The notes under the pieces were generated by a model. It made no database searches. It was given only the letters and a program-made list of their open reading frames with translations, and had not been told where the DNA came from. A program made the translations under genes and the position numbers. A DNA stretch of 64,000 nt from Histomonas meleagridis 2922-C6/04-290x (Eukaryota > Protista > Parabasalia), in contig JAANOX010000087.1 in NCBI GenBank assembly GCA_020184695.1, positions 248,001-312,000 of the forward strand. The letters are read 5' to 3'. Position 1 is the first letter of the stretch. Each line of letters opens with the position of its first letter. Of the stretch, positions 60,851 to 64,000 are shown one piece after another.

Positions 60851-61952
60851 TAAATTTTTTTGTTCATCACTTCGTACCATGAACAAAATAACTTATAGAT
60901 ATATATTACAAAATGCGAAATTATTGCTTTTTTTAATCCATTTAAATGAAGAACTGATATTAAACAAAAAAACCATTTTAACCAGCTTATTTATAAGTAA
61001 GCCTATACCTTACATAAATTTTCAGTAAAACTCAATTTCTTTATCATTTGTTTCATTTTCATTTATAAACATTTTACCTCTAGATTTAAATTGATAATTT
61101 AATTAATTAAACATTTTTTATTATTAAGTAGTAAACTTCTCGAGAATGCTACACCAGAAACTTCTCTTACACTATCATTTAATAATGATGAGCATTCAAT
61201 AGAATTAAATGCATTCATTTTTTGTAACTTAAGTAATATGTGATACTTCATCTTTACTGATGTATTGATTTGGTGGTGGGCATTTTCTTAAATCTGATTT
61301 CGTGTCAATATACAGAATATTATGAGATCTCGTTTATTTTCATCAAACCATATAAATATATGAGGAATCAAATGGGAAATAAAGAATTTCTTTGGGATTA
61401 GAATGTCATTAAAGCAAAAGAAAACACATAATCACTGACTTTATTTATTCTTTTAAAACTTTCAAATACATTGAGAAGTAATATCAGAAATTCATCATAT
61501 ATGATGTTCATATGAACCTGTGGATCAAAGATGTTTTTCCTGAGGAAGCATCTCCAATAAAATATATTATCATATATGGATAATCTTTGTTTTCTTTGTA
61601 TTAATAAGTACATAAATTCTATCCTTCTTGAAATAAAACATTTATTTTTGGATGAGAACACTTTTGATTATGAATTAGACATTTTATACTAATTCAAGGA
61701 AATGGAATAATCCTTAAATGTTTATCCAATAAGATCTTTTATTCGTATTTGTTAAATAATATATTAATCTGATGGATAACACTACACATTCTAAAATATA
61801 TTGAAGAAGATATTTAAAATATTTAAACTAAACTAATGTTTATTTATCATATAAATAAATGCATATTGCATTTCGTTATATTGCAAAATGTTTTGCTGAT
61901 TCTTATTACAACAAATAATTAATTGTATATATTTATTTATTAGTTTCAAATA

Positions 61953-64000
61953 TTAAATGTGATTAAAATATTTATCATCTTCAAAATCTTTGGCAAATGG
62001 ATCTTCTTCCGCATTAAATGTAGTCAATCCAAATGAAAAACTATTAACTTGTGAAACATCTGTTTGTATTACATCATCTGTTTCTTTTTCGAGAGATTTA
62101 TTATTTCGATTTTTATGATGATTATAAAGAATTAAAATTATAATAATTGCTATAATTATAAGAATGAAAATAACAACACAAATAACAATAATGATAATAA
62201 TATTCGTTTCATTATTTTGTTGGTTATCTTTTTCTTTATATTGAAGAATAGTATAAAATTCGGAATAAAATTTAATATATGTCGAATAAATAATAATCGT
62301 ATATTCATAATGAATTAAAAATGTGTTAACATAAATATGTGTCGATTCAATTTTTGTTAATGTCATCGAATTTATTATAAAACTTTTCGTTAATATCGTT
62401 TGCGTAATTGAATTCGTATATGTAACAATAAATGAATGCGATAATGATGAAAATAATGGAAATGATTTCGTTATTATATTTATCAATGTCATTGACTGAC
62501 TAAATGTATTCGACTTACTAAATGTATTTGATTTAGTGAATGTTCGTGTTGATGGTTCATTTGATAGAAAGAAATGCGATGTATTACTCAATGTTCCATA
62601 GTTATCGACTGATGCAACATGAACATAAAGATCGCCATTCTTAATATTTGATATAGTTCCATTTGTTGTGTTGTAAGCGTTCGCGGTATCTTTCGTAATA
62701 TTCGTTCTTTCATTTTCATCAATAATGTAATAATATTCTTTGACATATGTCGTAAGATTAAATTGAACTATTTGTGAATTATAATATGCATTTTCATTTA
62801 TTATTTTACCAATAACTTTATAATTAATAATCTCTGTTACATAATTGTTATCTGTATTAATTTCAACTGATCGTTCACCTTCGATTCTTGTTATATTTGG
62901 TGGATTTAGTTTATGTGGTTCAACTGAATTATCATATGAATTTTGAAGTGATGTTCGTTGATATAAATAACAAATAGTATTCATAAGAAGTTGTCGCTCA
63001 TATAATGTTGCACTTGCTAATGTATGTCCTGTTTGAATCATCGCTGTGTTTTTATATGTTGTCAAATAATAATGCGGATTCCCATATCTTAAATCTGAAT
63101 ATCCGTCAAGTTCCCATGAATATGATTCGGCTTCTGTAAAACTTCCTTCAGATCCAATAGCAAATTCACCGAGTTCAGCCCAAACATCACCAAATGCTGC
63201 ATTTGAAGTTGTGTGTGTTAGATTTATTGGTAAAACGCCACTTGGAATGTTGTACGGATAATTAGTAACTAAACCACGCATCGTGACTTTGATTTCATTG
63301 GAATAATGACCCCAACTTGAACTAAGTGTGCCTGGAGAGCAATAGCCAGAAACAACACATGGCTCTGTTCCAAGTTTAATTCCAAATTTGTCTGCAATTT
63401 GTCCATAGCCAAAAGAGTTCCCATAAAAATAACCAACAACATCATTACCATATAAAACACCATAACCAAGATCAATATATTGTGAAACACGTTGAACTGT
63501 TTCACTCTTCGGTTGACAATAAGGTCCGCCATTATTGTCCATAAATCCAACGACGGTGATATCATAATTTAACATACTTTCTAAACTCATCGATTCAAAA
63601 TCACTACTTGAGATTGGTGTAACACTTATGATTTTTTCTTGTGTATCAAAATTCATTCCTAAACTTTCAAAACTATAATTTACATCATTATATATATAAT
63701 AACCTCCTTCAACCCAAACTTTAAGAATAGCAGAAAGTGGAAGTGTAAAATTTATTGTTGGTTGTGAATTACATACAAAATTGACTTCAGTGCCTGCGTT
63801 TGGATACACATTAAGCACTTTGATACTTTTTGTTGTGTTGAAATCAAACGTACTGAGTGGTTTCCATTTTGAGCAGTTTCTTTGCGAAGAAACTGAATAT
63901 ATCAAATCTTGAATTGAATGAGATCCTGTCCAATTCAATAAAACATGATTATTTTCATATTTAACAGTGAGGTTGATTTCGTTTGCATTAATTACAACTA
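61953..64000 (-). CDS. Type-I membrane surface protein (ectodomain, S/T-rich stalk, TM helix, acidic tail); 5' end lies beyond the window
   Basis: The frame is open to the window edge; TFTKSNTFSKSNTFS stalk, IIIIIVICVVIFILIIIAIIIILIL TM segment, tail EEDPFAKDFEDDKYF. Confidence 0.8.
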   Translation of the reverse strand, partial: VVINANEINLTVKYENNHVLLNWTGSHSIQDLIYSVSSQRNCSKWKPLSTFDFNTTKSIKVLNVYPNAGTEVNFVCNSQPTINFTLPLSAILKVWVEGGYYIYNDVNYSFESLGMNFDTQEKIISVTPISSSDFESMSLESMLNYDITVVGFMDNNGGPYCQPKSETVQRVSQYIDLGYGVLYGNDVVGYFYGNSFGYGQIADKFGIKLGTEPCVVSGYCSPGTLSSSWGHYSNEIKVTMRGLVTNYPYNIPSGVLPINLTHTTSNAAFGDVWAELGEFAIGSEGSFTEAESYSWELDGYSDLRYGNPHYYLTTYKNTAMIQTGHTLASATLYERQLLMNTICYLYQRTSLQNSYDNSVEPHKLNPPNITRIEGERSVEINTDNNYVTEIINYKVIGKIINENAYYNSQIVQFNLTTYVKEYYYIIDENERTNITKDTANAYNTTNGTISNIKNGDLYVHVASVDNYGTLSNTSHFFLSNEPSTRTFTKSNTFSKSNTFSQSMTLINIITKSFPLFSSLSHSFIVTYTNSITQTILTKSFIINSMTLTKIESTHIYVNTFLIHYEYTIIIYSTYIKFYSEFYTILQYKEKDNQQNNETNIIIIIVICVVIFILIIIAIIIILILYNHHKNRNNKSLEKETDDVIQTDVSQVNSFSFGLTTFNAEEDPFAKDFEDDKYFNHI

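Noticed and set aside
61400-61600. P-loop-like IGDASSGKTSLIHRF on the minus strand
   Set aside because: Surrounded by stops, with no G3 or G4 motifs visible. At most a heavily decayed small-GTPase fragment; not supportable as a feature.

Overview
AT-rich eukaryotic DNA from a parabasalid protist. The 18S rRNA fragment is Tritrichomonadea-like (Histomonas/Dientamoeba/Tritrichomonas group; the genus is an inference). The window holds ordinary intronless host genes (GPATCH1-like, Rab, GAR1, UBA/SEP, SLC35F-like, UEV-RING, PP2A-family phosphatase, V-ATPase subunit a, LAMTOR5-like, a surface protein) and a 34-bp satellite. It also holds a composite insertion at about 7.7-34.2 kb: an 18S fragment, a Tc1-like DD34E transposase with a Myb tail, a 23.7-kb decayed Maverick/Polinton with TIRs and an AAATT TSD, and a CRESS-virus Rep fragment. 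The main discovery is in the DUF3447-type ankyrin-repeat genes (968-6013, 42079-44430, 50557-54887). They look shattered in six-frame translation but become open, textbook ankyrin arrays once about 17-nt AT-rich, non-GT-AG spacers are removed. In each repeat the beta-hairpin loop D-x-x-G-x-T is encoded as single codons separated by 17-nt spacers (20-nt period), for example GAT[17]GAT[17]TAT[17]GGA[17]GAA ACA = D-D-Y-G-E-T. Spacer length is conserved while spacer sequence diverges, the Gly codon varies synonymously, and the isolated codons are the target-contacting positions randomised in DARPins. This points to an undescribed micro-exon, spacer-removal or diversification system. The mechanism (RNA excision, DNA excision or ribosomal bypass) cannot be determined from DNA alone.
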